Assembly (NCBI RefSeq): GCF_036321535.1
Contig: NC_087472.1
Location: 92,444,001 to 92,508,000 of the forward strand
Source: Camelus dromedarius
Lineage: Eukaryota
Length of the DNA stretch: 64,000 nt
Direction of reading: 5' to 3'
Shown here piece by piece: positions 13,960 through 27,939 of this stretch. The position numbers and the translations under genes are program-made. The notes below the pieces were generated by a model. That model was not told the DNA's origin. It was given only the letters and a program-made list of their open reading frames with translations, and ran no database searches. The first letter of the stretch is position 1; the number at the start of each line of letters is the position of its first letter.

Positions 13960-14215
13960 CCCTCTCTCCTCCCAGGCTAGGTCTCCCTGATACTCATATA
14001 GCAACTTCCACTGACTATACCAAAACACTTATTCCACTGTTTTGTAATGTCTTGGCTAACTTCTAAATTTTCTCATGGACTAGAAGCTCTCTGAGGGCCG
14101 GGGTTAATGTCTATCTTGTTAAATGCTCTATTCAAGGTCCTTGGCATAGTTGTTGGCACATAGTAGGCACTCCATAAATATTTGTTGAACAGATAAATGA
14201 ACCAATGAATGCATT
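13960..14215 (+). mobile_element. L2 LINE 3' end
   Basis: gactagaagctctctgagggc...tggcacatagtaggcactccataaatatttgttgaa. Confidence 0.85.
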
Positions 14216-16209
14216 CATCATGTAAGATGCATAATGGAAATTTGGTCTCCTAACTTAGCTTTAAGATTGGTTATCTGTGAAGTGAGAGAATACTGACTTT
14301 GCAGGATTCTTTTATGATTATATGAAATTAGGTATGTAATAGCTCAGTGCTTAGGAATGGCACACAATAAGAAAGTGGTAATTACTATTATTAGCATTTA
14401 TCAGCAATATATTATTACTATCAGTTTAGTAAAATTAAGAAATCCATTCATAATGCTTTAAAGAAAATACTTTAATGAAACACAAAATTATAAAATAAAA
14501 CATTAAAACCATCTATCAACATTAAATCAGAATAAAACTGCCATAGCTAATGAACAAATTTTACAACAATAATATATTGTTCATTAAGAAAAATGAGATG
14601 CAGTATCCATATCACAGTAAAGTTACTATCACCTCTACCTCACTATAAAGTGACAGTAATTTTGCTATGAACATATCCAAGAAAACTAAAATAGAAAAAT
14701 GACTCCATCACAGTTACCAAATTAATAAGCAATCTTTCAGAAAATGTAATATTCTACCACACAAAGACATTCGGTCCTAAGAGCAATATTGTAATAATTT
14801 CCTTGAGAAAGACTTACTTAAAGAGAAAAGAATGTTGATGTATTTAAAAATGGAATCTAGAAACTTGTCCCAGAGTAGATTTATAGAGGGCCTCACTGAT
14901 GAGTTATGCCATGTAAATCTTCTAAGTATGCTTGGCTACCCAGTCCAAGTGCTATCCATTATAAAATGGCAGTTTTATTTCAGAAATGTACGTCACTTCA
15001 GAAATTCGCAGACATTTCTGGACTGTCTGACCCTTGCTGCATTAAATTATGAACACATTGACCTTTGATCTGGTAAATAATGCATCTTTTATATAATGCA
15101 CTTAGCCACCATCTACCAAAATTCATGTACACTGTGTCACAAGCTGTAGACTGAATACTGGTAGAGGAGAGCTAGAAAAGAATTACCACGTAAATTGAAT
15201 TACAAAAAGAAGACGTGCCACATGATTTATCCAGTGAAAACCAACGATGTTGGCATCAGTTAAACGGTGTTACATAACTGACTTTACCAACTCCAATTAT
15301 AATTTTAGTGGTTAAGTAACTAATACAGAGAAACTTTGGGGAGGAACTAGGTTGTCACTTTCTCTGTAATACGCACTCTAGAAGCATTTCAAAATGCATT
15401 ATCTAGTTAAAATCCTGAGGATCAATCTGTGAAGTACACATTTTTATTCTCTTTTTAAAGATGAGAAAATGAGAGATTAGGTGACTTATCCAAGACCCCA
15501 AAGATAGATGGTAGAAGACGGTGCTCATTCTTTGGGACAGGTATCTACGAGATGAAAGAGTAATAGAAAAACACAAATTTCTAAAAGGTGTGTGCCAAGT
15601 GTGATGAGGAGCCTTTAAGCATCATTTGAAAGATTTTTTTTTTCCATGAACAGTGACGCCACAGATTCCAATATTGGTAAATATCATTACCAACTTAAAA
15701 GTGCCTATTTTCTAAATAAGGATCAATGCTAGCTAACCGATAAATGGGGTATCTCTAATGTAGTCATCAATCAGCATTTTTCAGGGATTCAGAATTGAGT
15801 TTGGGACACAAGGTATTCTTTCCTGTGTTTTTGTATAATTAGACAAAGTGCAAGTGTTTGCAAGAGATATACCCTAGAGTCCTTTAGGGTAGGAGTGGGG
15901 TGGGTGGCAGAAATTCTTTTTAAAAGTGTAGCATTGTTAATGAAATAAGGAAAGAATCCCTCAGGGTCATGCAAAATAACTAAAGAATTCAGGGTCAAAG
16001 AAAGAAATTAAAGTCAAGGGCACAAATGTTCTGCTTTCAATCCTTTATTTATTCTCTTTCTTCTGTTGCATGGGACTTTGGCCATTATAATATTATATAT
16101 CTTATTTCAGAAAATAACTGAAAACATTACCCTTCTGACTTTCTTTTAACTCTTCATATTAACCAACTAGGGAATTAATTTTTTCTTTAAAAAATGCAAT
16201 TTAATATAA

Positions 16210-16430
16210 TAACAATGGTAGCTAACCTTTATTAAGCATCGACCACACCTGCTGTTTTCTTCACATGCATTGTCATTTAATTCTGATTACAATCCTGTGA
16301 GGCAGGTAATACTGGTGTACTATTTTCTTAGAATAGTTTCTTAGATTAAATCCTAAGCTTAGTGAAGTAAACTATTGCCCAAGATCATGCAGCTAAAAAA
16401 TGGAAGACTTAGAACTCACATCCATTTCTA
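16210..16430 (-). mobile_element. MIR SINE
   Basis: atggtagctaacctttattaagca...tcatttaattct...aatcctgtgaggcaggta...ttgcccaagatcatgcagcta. Confidence 0.75.
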
Positions 16431-16603
16431 CTATGTTATCAAAAAGATCCCCTCAAATAACAACCTATTAACAAAGCTGCACCATGTTATTCCTTACAGT
16501 GACACTTATTAACATTCCCCATATCAACCTGTTATTTGCTGTAGTAACACAAGCAGTGCGCTTGCTCTTGGTTTGATTTGTTACAAATCCTAGTTACACT
16601 CAC

Positions 16604-16610
16604 AACTAAT
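16604..16610 (-). CDS. Candidate 7-nt microexon ATTAGTT (I,S,F)
   Basis: tgtgtgcccaataccaattctgcag|ATTAGTT|gtgagt. Confidence 0.55.
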
Positions 16611-17849
16611 CTGCAGAATTGGTATTGGGCACACATACACAAACAAGATTATATTTAGAAATTCATGTGTAAACTGTATTGTTTGTTTCCTTACCAATGA
16701 AGAGCTCTGTTCAAATATTTCAAAATACTTCAATGAATTGTGAGAATAAAAACTGGAAACTAGAGATAGAGTAGTTGTTTTCCTTCCTCCCAACTGCTTC
16801 TTGCAATAAATTTTCTTCTTCCAGTAAGCTCAGCTGAAGTTTACGCCATCAGACCTCATCAACCACCTTCCGTCAAAGTTAGAGTCATATGTAGACCTCC
16901 TTGTCATTTCCTCTTCTTCAGTAAGCGTTCTAGAGCCTGAGTCACTGTCCCATTCCCTCATCCACATTTTGGTTATTTCAACATACACAAAGGTACCCCA
17001 TCTCATACCCTGGTTTCTCAGTGTTTTTATCACCTCAACCCCAAGGATCTTTACTTTCACCCCATCTCAGCTTTCAAGTTTTGAGGTCACACCCAAATCC
17101 TGTCATCTCAATAACAAAACTAATCCCCAAATTTACTTTTCAAGAATGCCACTCTTTATTTGAGGTAAAGGGTTCCCAAACCCCTTTGGCCTTCTGCATT
17201 AGAATTTGATATTTGGTTAACTTTCCAGCTTTGAACCCCTGGAAATAAGTAAAGGTGGTATATTAAATGTGTTATAATACTGCAGGATTATGGTAAAAAT
17301 GAGCCCAGATAGGTAAATCTCCTGTGGACTAGAGGAAACTATAAATGAACCATAAATGCCTGCTCTGGATGTTATATCCTTGGACTTCTCTAAGTATAAT
17401 GACTCGTAACAACTGGGCACGTTCCCAGAAGCTATGACTACAAATGTGATACAAGAGATGTTGGCTACTGTAGAATGAGTCTTTTAAGCCTGGGTGATTC
17501 CCATACGTGCCTGGTGTGATTCTAGTTCCATGGAATGGGGTGTGTGAGGAAGGGATGGTTAAAATATAGCACTCTCAGATGGCTGCAGGGACGGCTACAT
17601 AGACTGCTGGAAGGACAGCTCTCAAGGGAGAAGGACACTTGGTGCTAGTTCCTGTTTTATACCCTTCAAAGTGAATATAATGCCGATTATGGCCTACAGT
17701 AGGCTTCTAGGTCTTTGATGCTAAGAAGATACCTCAATAGGTGTTACAATCAGCATCTTCTCTTGCTGTCTCATTTACTATCATATCTCTACTCCAAAAT
17801 ATGCTTCCCCTCAACAGGGTGCACTGTGCTAGGATCATGGAAAAGTACA

Positions 17850-18020
17850 AGCAGTGTAGTACACTGAAAAGGAATTACATCCATCTTTGGAGTCAGACAG
17901 AGCAGGGTTTGAATTCTGCCTAGCTCAGAGGCCTTTGGTTTATTTGCTTATCTTCTTTTAGCTGATTCCTCACTGTAAAATTGCATAAGTAATACATAAC
18001 TTGCAATATTGTTGAGGGTA
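17850..18020 (+). mobile_element. MIR SINE
   Basis: ctttggagtcagacagagcagggtttgaattctgcc...ttcctcactgtaaaatt. Confidence 0.75.
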
Positions 18021-19904
18021 GATGTGTTAAATAAATTAAATAACAAATTATAAATATATAATGTTTATAATACATTATTAGATCTGTATATTAATGTATA
18101 TATTAAGAAGTGTTTATGTATAATTACATTCATAATTGGGGTGTGTTCCTCACATTATGTTAATAAATGTTAAAAAATAAAAGCAATAATAAAATAATGA
18201 CTTATAAAGAGGCTAGAAATATAATACATGCTCTAAAATACTACTAATTTCACGTTAGAGTGAAGGTAGAATATAAGAAAATCCTCGCTTGTAAGAAACT
18301 TGCAATCCACTCAAAAGTATGCATATTTGAAATTACTATATTTAATGTGTTATTTGATACTTAAAGGAAAGACTCATGAGAAGGATCACTATGCCAAATT
18401 TAATAAGAAAACTCCATAATTTTTAAAATTCAAAAATCAGTGTAAAGCCATCTACTTCTCAGTGTTTGTGGTGGACATATTGTTGTATGAATGGTGTCTC
18501 AAACAAAGGCAGTTAATGAACACAATGAATGCACCAGAGAGCTCCTGTTAGACTGAACTTTTAGCTAGTCCTGGAAGAAGGGACTTTAATATAAAGACAA
18601 GAACGGAACTTTCACTGTAGAGGGTCCAAGTCTAAAAACAAACAAAGCCTCATTCACTTAACTTCAACTCAATGAAAACTGTGAACTCGCTGCCAATTAA
18701 GTGTGGAATATATATATATATGTTTATAGTACACCACCTCATCCCAGAAAGCATTTAAGATTGCTACAAAAGTGAATAGAATTTATGAAATGAGGAAAAT
18801 CTCTTTTAGCAACAGCTTGGTGAACAACAGATTTGGTAAAAGCTGTTACATTAATGTCAGGGCCACTGGAATAAGAACTTGTCCTCTCAAAATGACTGCT
18901 TTGAAGACAAAAATACACTAATATTACTGTTTAAGTTCTAGTCTTTTTGATTTAAAATTTTAGTTTAAGCATTTTACAACCACACTTCTCTGGAAGGCAG
19001 CTGGTAATATGCATTCTTTATATTGTGATAGAGAGAAACCACAGGACAAATTATTATTAACATTTTACAGATTAATTTTCCAGATTGACTACTGACAATT
19101 TTGATTCCAAGAAATTGAAAAAAACTAAGATAAGAAGTCATCAACTAGCCATTCTTGACTGAGAGAACTGGGAATATACAAATCATGAACAATGAATGAA
19201 AGATGAAGACGCAAGTGTGTAAGGGTCTTGCTGCGGGGGCGTGCAAAGGGAGATTATAGAAAGCAAATCTTGAATAGATGTGGATCATGAGCATTCAAGG
19301 CCTAAAAAGTGCTGTTTCTGATGAAAAAAGCAAAGAGTTTCTAGGAGATGGTTTTCAAGTTTTCTCTCTAATTATTCCATGGTGTACATTTCCTTCTTGT
19401 GTTCAGTTTACAAGTTTAACCTATGATTCAATTTCCAGATTATCGTGTAAGGTCTCAGTCTAATGATGAGCAGCATATTCTAATGTCCTTTAACCACTAC
19501 TGAAATCAAGTACATATATAATATCCACACTCTATCACTGATTTCCATAAGCTAAATGACAATGTGTTCAATGTTCTTAGTATATGTAATTTACTTTATA
19601 ATCACATATGATAATGACAGAAGTGACAGATTGATTTTGGAAATGCTAAAAGTAGTCTAATAGCTGAACCTCAAGTAGCAAAACTATTATCATACACAAA
19701 GAAGTTCTAATTTTCTAAACTAATTTTTCTCTTTCAAAATGAAATATCCATTTTTTAATGATACATGAGACTCCATTTGGTAAAACCATAACTCAATCTC
19801 TAGCAACAAGGGCCTTTGGATTATATCTTAAATATTTTACCAGATAAATTCAAATGACCAGGATTATTTTACTGAGTTACATGGGAAAAGTGAGACATCC
19901 CAAA

Positions 19905-20402
19905 TGGGGAAAGCAGAATAATGGCCTCCTAAAGACATCCACGTCCTAATCTCCTGAACCCGTGAATATTTTATGTCACATGGCAAAGGGGGATTAAGGT
20001 AGCAGATGGAATTAGGGTTGCTAATCAGCCAACTTTATGGCATAGAGACATGCCTAGATTATCCAGGTGATCCCAATGTAATTACAAGGGCTTTAAATGT
20101 GAAAGAAAGAAGAAGACAAGTGTATGTCAGAGCTGTGCAGTGTGAGAGACTTAACCAGGTCATTGCTGGCTTTAAAGATGGAAGAGTGCCAAGAGCCAAG
20201 GACTCCAGGAAGCCTCTAGAAGTCAGAAAAAAGCAGGAAAATAGATTTCCCTCTAGAGCCTCCAGGAAGGAATGATGATATTTTGATTTTAGCCCAGTGA
20301 GATCCATTTAGGACATGTGAGATCCAGAATGAGAATAAATGTGTGCTGTTTAAGCTACTAAATTTGTTGTAATTTGTTACAGCAGCAATAGGACACAGAT
20401 AC
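19905..20402 (+). mobile_element. MLT1D-like solo LTR (ERVL-MaLR), near full length
   Basis: gcagaataatggcctcctaaagacatccacgtcc start; aataaatgtgtgctgtttaagc...gttacagcagcaatagga end. Confidence 0.9.
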
Positions 20403-20577
20403 ACAAACCAAAGATTGTTTTACTCTAAGAAATCTCTGTTGTCAAATCCTCATGATGGAAAGTTATTTGGAAGTACTAAATATTGTAGTTGACCAAACTG
20501 ATTGCTACTACCCGCTAGATATTAGGGATCAATTGCTAGAAACAAATCTAGTTAATGCAGTAATTTCAATTACTTAC

Positions 20578-20595
20578 TTTGAATTTTTCTGTTTT
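20578..20595 (-). CDS. Candidate 18-nt microexon KTEKFK (an alternative inner acceptor gives 11 nt)
   Basis: gaatttttcattgttcgaag|AAAACAGAAAAATTCAAA|gtaagt; actaat branch-like motif upstream. Confidence 0.5.
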
Positions 20596-22377
20596 CTTCG
20601 AACAATGAAAAATTCACAAGTTGGTATGCACTCCATTAGTCCACAAACAATAATTAAGCCTCTATTATACAGAGGAGGACACTGTGCCAGTTGATGATAT
20701 GAAGCTATGATACAAAGTGACATAGTATATAATCACAAATGCCTACAACATGTATCTTGAAAAATGGGTAACATTTGACTATATGAATTTGGGAGTAAAG
20801 ATGAAAACATATTCAAGAAAAGCATGAGAAAGGGCATAAAAATTGGAAGTCACAAGTGTACTGTCAGTAGCCTACTGTATCTTCCTCCAGAAGAGATATA
20901 AACTAAGATTACTTTGGACACAATAAGTAGGTTAGGGGAGCAGTTCTGTGCACTCTGCTTTGACTTCCAACTGTGAGACCTGACGGCGTTCCCTGACTGT
21001 CTTTGAGTGGTCCTTTCCACTTGCACTAGAAGCAGATGGAGCTGAAGACTTAAAGCCCCTAGGGAGTAGCCCTAAGCTAATGACTGATGTGAGCTGGTGT
21101 ATGAATGAAGATCCCAAGACCCTCAGATCAAACAACTCACAGCTGGATCGTGCAGGTGACAGCTCCAAGCCAGGGATGCCACTTTAAAGCTTTGGCAACA
21201 ATTACTGGAAGAATTAATCAGGTCAAAACCATGCAAAAGCAGTGAGACTAAAAACACTGTGAAGGTGAAAGAGATAGGAACTGGCAACTTACTTCACATG
21301 GAGAGCAAACAGATAATGTGACAATTGGGGATGGAGCAGGTCTTTCTTATTTTCATGCTCTATCACATTTTTTTTTTCAGAAAATACGTCAAATGTCAAG
21401 TAGGATGTGAACGATTGATATTGGGTAGATGACATTAGATGTCCTAGTTATTGAAAGGATTCTGAAAATCCAAATAAACTAGATAAATAACATGAATTAG
21501 TATTTTTAAACATACGTAGATGATATAGTAATAAAGCATACTAGATTTTTCATTATGCCATCATAGTTTTTTGTATCTTCTGGTCTAAATGGATTCTTTG
21601 TTCTGTTCCTAAGCAAAACAGTAATAAAGAAATTACAGAGACAAATGATTATCAAGCAGGGTGAAATTTTAGAGTGCTAGTACTGACAAGAATGAGACAG
21701 CTGTAAGGTTAGGTGTGCACCGAGAATAAATATAACCACTCCCAAAGTCTCCAGAAAGTCATTAACTTTGAATAAACTCCACCTCACTTATCCACTGTAC
21801 AAGTGCTATCTCAGGTTGTTGAAAGAGGTTGGTAACTTCCAAGATTTCATCTGACTCAGACTGACAAAAGGGAATATGATTATTTAAAATCATTTAATCA
21901 TTAAAATCATACTTTTGTTGCCAAGCAGAGAAGAAGGTATCCTACTGAGAGAGCAAAAGTGTTTTCATTGATACTATAAAGAATATTCTTCAAAAACAAA
22001 GAATCATCTTTGAGACTCTGAATGGACAGTTACATGAGAAATTCAATTTTTAAACCAGTCAGATATTGAAGAAAACATTTTGCTTAATGACTGATGTTTG
22101 TTTTAACTCCCAGCAAGTGACTTGATTGATTGTGTCTTTGCCTAGGAGATTATGTCTTTACCTTGAAAAAAGAGGTGGCAATAGGAATTCATTTGAGAAT
22201 ACACCATGCTTTGTTAACTGTGTATCACTGAAATTCTCTCTTATTTGCACAAGAACAGAGGAATGGTCAGTGATCCATAAGGTCATAATTCTTCCACCAA
22301 TAAATCTTAACAGTCACCAAGGCAATTAAAATAATTTAAATATCTGGATGGCCCTTATATCTTCCAGAGAGCATATG

Positions 22378-22565
22378 TAATATACAAACATTATATATAG
22401 AATATATGTGTATGTGTATATACATGTTTATATATGAGTATATGTATATGTATATTATATATACTTTCAAACATAATATATGCATATATCATAAACACAG
22501 ATATACATACCTGTCTGTAAATATATATGTTTGAATGTGTATTATGTGTACATACATATATATGT
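22378..22565. repeat. (TA)n/(TATG)n low-complexity repeat
   Basis: Directly visible. Confidence 0.9.
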
Positions 22566-23572
22566 GGGGGGGTATACTCTCTATGAGACAAACTCTAAAA
22601 TGAAGGAGTGAATGAATAATTGAATAGCATTATAAAAATCTCTTACAAAATTCTAGCATCCGGTAATTCACAAAAAGGTATCTTGCATTTATTGTCTGAC
22701 TTATTATCATCACTGAATATAAAAATAGCATTGCACTGCCTCTGGAAAGTCCTGCTCCACTGGCAGTGATCACATACTCCAACAGACTTCTGTCATGGCT
22801 GTAGTATATATCAGTAATATATAATATCTATTTTTCTACGTTGGTAAGATTAATAAAAACACTAATTGGCCTCTGAAAAAATATTCTCTCTATGTGGTAG
22901 AGGAATGCAAAAGGCTTTTGAGCGTGCCTACGATATACAGTCATATGATTCTGAAATAATAAAACAGCTTATGATTGATGAAGCCACAGGGCCTAAAGAA
23001 CTTCCACAGAATGTAGAAGAGAATAAACTATGGCAAGCAAGAGTAACAATGATGAATTTGTCGAGGCATTTTTTCCCCTTGGAGGTAGACAGAGTACAAT
23101 CATTACTCTTATAAATGGGAAATTCATCATAGTTTTGGTCACTGTGGTAATATCACCTCAATCCTGGTAACAAAACATACATACACCCACACATCCCCAT
23201 CTCAGTCCTCTAGAAAAAAGTGACCAAAAAACCTAAATCAAACACTTCTTTATGAATATAGACATAAATTTAAACCGGGTACACAACTACTGTGTGGGGG
23301 CATTTTTGCCCTCTTTTTATATCTCTAGATATTTAAATCAGAATAATCCTGAGCTGCCAGTAAAACACAAATCTCTACTTTCAAATGCCCAGGAGATTTC
23401 AACTGCATATGTTGAGATAGGAATGTGACCACAAACCGAAACAACCAATTTTGTTACTTCACGGGATCCCTGGGCTGTGCACTGATTCAGAAGAAAATGA
23501 AAGAGACACAGCAATCGCTGCCAACGTATCCTCATTCTGTGTCTCCCTCCCGCTCTCTAGCAGTCTGCTTAC

Positions 23573-23597
23573 GTGAAGGAATTGCCAGAACTTCAGC
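23573..23597 (-). CDS. Candidate 25-nt microexon (L)LKFWQFLH
   Basis: ttcctaattacgcttcttcag|GCTGAAGTTCTGGCAATTCCTTCAC|gtaagc; lies in unique, CpG-retaining sequence. Confidence 0.65.
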
Positions 23598-24084
23598 CTG
23601 AAGAAGCGTAATTAGGAATTGTGCCAAACTGCTTGTCAAGGATGGTGACCTGCCTTGTAGAAAACCACCTCAATTGGAAGTAGAAAGGTGAGTTTATTTT
23701 ATAACTCAGATCTCAAGCAGAATTGAAGATCAGAGCCTTGATTTTTTTCCTTTTTAGTGTAGGGTCACTTCTGTAAAACAAATAAACACGTTTGCTCTAC
23801 TGCTTCTACAGGGTAGTGCTAGCAGAATAAAAGTAAGATTAGAGGCTGTGAGATATTTTCCAGCTGAAACTACAGAGTATAAACCCAGATTTTACCCTTC
23901 CCCTTGTAACACTGGACTATAAATGTCTTTTTTCATGACAGTTCCCTGGGAACCTAAGAGATCCTAAAAAAAACACTGTATTCTTAGGCCCAAGTCCAAG
24001 CCCATAAAAGGTGTTCAAAATATTTTGTTCAGTGAGTGCATTAATAAGAAAAGCTGGGTTGACGCTTGGTAATATTTCCTATTA

Positions 24085-25050
24085 AATTCATTCAACGAAT
24101 ACCGATTTATAACATGGTATTTAGTGTTGAGCCATTACAAAACAGAAACTGTTGCCTTAATGGAGTTTACATTCTAACTGGATGAGTGTGAGCGAAAAAA
24201 AAATACATAATCAAAAACTATATAAAGCATGATGGTGATAAATGCTAAAGAGAAAATAAGAAACGGAGAATGGAACTGGAAGTTGATTTCAAATTTAGAG
24301 TGGCCTGGAAAGGCCTTAATTATACAGCGATTTGAGTCAAGACCTGAAGGAGGAAAAGGAGTGAAATATAAGGACATTTGGAAGGCAGTTCAGCCAGAGA
24401 AAACAGTCAGGGCCAAGTCCCGGAGGCAGGAACGTTCCTGGAGTGTTTGTAGAAAGGAAAGAAGGCCAGTGTTGCTGACAGAGAGCAAGCAAGAGGGAGA
24501 ATGGGACTACAAGAGATGAGGTCAGATCAAGACCTTTGTAGGGCCTTACAGACCCTTATAATTTGGTATTTTGTTTTTTTCTCAGAGTAAGATCAGAGGT
24601 TTTTAGAGGGTTTTGAGCAAAGAAATAACTTACACTAATTAATCTCAGAGAACCACTGGACCAGGTGAATTGAGAATAAAACGGGCAGGCAGAAGTCGGG
24701 AGTCAGAGGGCTCTTCATTCATCCAGGTGAAATATGATGGAGCAGGATGCTACTAGCATTGGAGCTGGTAAGAAGCAGTCAGATTTTGGATTGCTTTGAA
24801 GATCAAGACAATAGTATTTTCTTATGGATCAAACGATGGGTGAGAGAGAGAGGGAAAGAAAGCCATCAAGAATTACCTTTAAGTTTTTGACTTAAGTAAG
24901 AAGAATGATGACGCAGTTAACTGAGATGGGGAAAGGATGGTGTGATAGGTGGTTTGGGGGTATATGATCAAAAGCTTGGTTTTCAACACATGAGGATGAC
25001 GTTGAGATACCTAACACAAGTCTAGCAGACAGCTGGGTATATGAATCTGG
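24085..25050 (-). mobile_element. L2 LINE fragment
   Basis: ttcattcaacgaata...ggagtttacattcta...tttgagtcaagacctgaagga...gagggttttgagca. Confidence 0.85.
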
Positions 25051-25759
25051 TGCTTCTGAATTACCACCATCGTCTCCTCTCTGCTCTCCTGGCTACCCAT
25101 CTTGCCTCACTCTAAATTTCACTCCATACTGGCATTCACTTTCTGAGGCACAGAACTAATCATGTGGCTTACTCACTCAAAATCTTTTGATCAGTTAAGA
25201 CTAATTATACAATGAAGGCTAAATGTGTTAATGAATATGGCATTAAAATTTGCCATAGTTGGATTAATTCCACATTTATTTCCCTATGTTCATACCCAAG
25301 AACTCTAAGCATGCACTATTAGTCTCCCTAATCTTATCAGTATACCACTGTTCCCCTCAAACTCTCAAACTAGAATTAGATTCTCAACATTGTTTCTCTG
25401 GATCTTCTAAACACTGCAACCATGAGTCCCAGATTCAAATACTCTCTTCAGTCATTATATCATATGGTGTGACTCGTGTCTTTCAACATTTCTGTTCAAA
25501 TATTGCATAATTTTAGAGTTTAACAATGTCATCATTGGTACTTGTCAAAATGTCTTCATAACAGCATCAAAAAATAACTTTTCTCCAGTTTCCTTTCTAT
25601 ACATGCTTTGTAGGATGCCTTGCATAGTAGTCCACTAAAATTGTGGACATAAATATGCTCCACAGAGGTATAAACATCTTTAACTAAAAATAATGCTTCA
25701 TTTTTTCAGATTACAGAGGTTGTGGCTTTATGTTCTTCCCCAAGTTAAATATATTTAGC

Positions 25760-26210
25760 TTTTATATTTTTCAATATTTTAGATTTACAGAAAACTTGCA
25801 ATCATGGAGAATTCCTGTGTACCCTGAATCCAGCTTCCCCTATTGTTCCTGTTTTATATAACCATAGAAGAATTATTAAAACCAGAAAATTACAGTTCAT
25901 ACAGTAGGCTGAATTGATGTATAGATCTTACTCAAATTTCACCAGAGTTCCCACTAAGGTTCTTTGCTGATCCAGGGTCCAACTGTTTCCACACTGCATT
26001 AGTTACCGTATCTTAGTCTCCTCCATTCTGTGACTGTTCCACAGCCCTTTGCCTTTCCCAACCCTGGAACTTTTAAAAGTCCTGGTCAGAGTTATTTTGT
26101 AGCATATCCCTCAATTTGGATTTGTTTGATATATACTCATAACTAGGTCGAAGTTACACAGTAGCAAGATTATCACAGAAGTGATGTTGAGTCCTTCAAA
26201 GTGCTTCATA
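25760..26210 (-). mobile_element. Old L1 (L1MB/L1MC-type) 3' end
   Basis: tttagatttacagaaaacttgca...ccagcttcccctattgtt...atccctcaatttggatttgtttgat. Confidence 0.7.
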
Positions 26211-26747
26211 TAGGAGAATCCAACGTATTCTTCAGTTAATTCTTATCTCAACAAAAATTACTTTTTAAAGAAAATTGTACATGATTACTAGATAAATTAT
26301 CCTAAATCATTCAATGATTTTCATATGGTATAAATCAAAATTGACAAATAAATACTGTTCATCCATACTCTATCAGAGGTAAATGAAATAAATATATAAA
26401 TCAAAATCTTATTTAAGGTCTCCTGTTCTGACTGAAACAGGAATCATATAAGAGTTAAAAAAAACCTATTAAGATTAATATTTTTAACACAAAACTAAAA
26501 AGAAAAATCTGTAAAAACTACTAGAAATAATCTTCCTTCACCATACAGTGTCAGTTTGTGAAACAGTAGTGTATTCCCTGATGCTTTTGCTAATTTATTA
26601 GGTACTGATTGTCTGCTGTTTTTCAGCATACATATTTGATATTGACAATATGTTCCAAACAAAGAAATTGGTCCTTTTTAAACAATAGAGATGTAACATT
26701 TGCAAATGAGAAAAGCGTTCACTGCTTTACAACAATGGAATACTTAC

Positions 26748-26757
26748 AAAAAGACCC
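26748..26757 (-). CDS. Candidate 10-nt microexon GGGTCTTTTT (G,V,F,L)
   Basis: ttcatttatgtatttattatcctag|GGGTCTTTTT|gtaagt. Confidence 0.6.
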
Positions 26758-27349
26758 CTAGGATAATAAATACATAAATGAATAATGATTATTTGTACCA
26801 CAGTTTTTCCTGAATATTACATTTTTCACATAGAAGATACAATGCCCACATTTTGTTCATTAACACAGCATCATGTAGAAATCTTTGTCTCCTTATATTT
26901 TTTCCCTTCAAAATTCTACCCCGCATTCATGTAACAGATAAAGGCAAGAGTGCAGGCGGGATTCAACAGGAAATAATGACAGAGTTATACTTTAATGGTA
27001 AGAATGAAAGTAACAGGGTATCAAAATATTTATTTACACCATCAAGAGTCATACTGTTTTATTTTCCCCCATATTTCTCATAAAGAAATGTAGCATCTTA
27101 TCAATTGATTCTACCCTTCCTAAGTTTTACTGAGATCACTTTGCAAATAGCCTTTGATGGCATCTGTTGGAAAATGTCTTTTGAGCTTAGGCTATGGAAA
27201 CATTCACAATATTGCAAGAAAGCAAGCATGGAAACTTTTCTAAGTTTTATACATACACACATGCTAATCTTATTTATAACACTTTTATGTTAACTGAATA
27301 TAAACACCTTTTCACTTTTGTGTTTCACTTAATCAATCCCTGCTCAGAA

Positions 27350-27520
27350 GACCTTATAAATAATAGTCTCTCAATACGTGTCTGTGTCTTTATATTCCTA
27401 TCTGTAAAATGAGAATAATAATTTTGCATATTCCAAATATTTGTTGTGAAACTATGTTCATATTTTTAAAGTGTTTGATATATAGTAAATGCTCAATAAA
27501 AGCCATGCGTTAGTATATCA
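27350..27520 (+). mobile_element. MIR SINE
   Basis: tcctatctgtaaaatgagaataata...tagtaaatgctcaataaa. Confidence 0.7.
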
Positions 27521-27939
27521 TCTTTACTATTATCATCAAATAGATTCTCACACAGAAACTATCCTAAAATTTCCAGAATCCAGTGGTTGACAGTTTATCT
27601 AACTCACGCTTTCTGCAAAGTAGCATCTCTTATCAGTGGATGCATGTATATTGGTTTTATATGTTTTGCTGTATTCCTCTTTGAAATGAGAGCATCTTAA
27701 ATGTAGCATGCCAGCATTTATTAATCTTTGCTTCTTTTCAGTGTCTTCTATATAACAGATGCTTGATAATAATATAATGGATTAAAACCATCCTTACCAC
27801 TGTTTATTAAGTTTCCACCTTAATAGTATCCCTTTACACACATCAATTTAAAGTTAATATTACTATACTACATCTTATCTCAGAAATGATTTTGGTGGTA
27901 CAGTAGATTATATTATTTTTTCAGGTCATGTCCAAGCAT

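Noticed and set aside
27608..27612. 5-nt candidate AAAGC
   Set aside because: Short pyrimidine tract with nearby upstream AGs, adjacent to an L2 remnant, and frame-breaking on its own.
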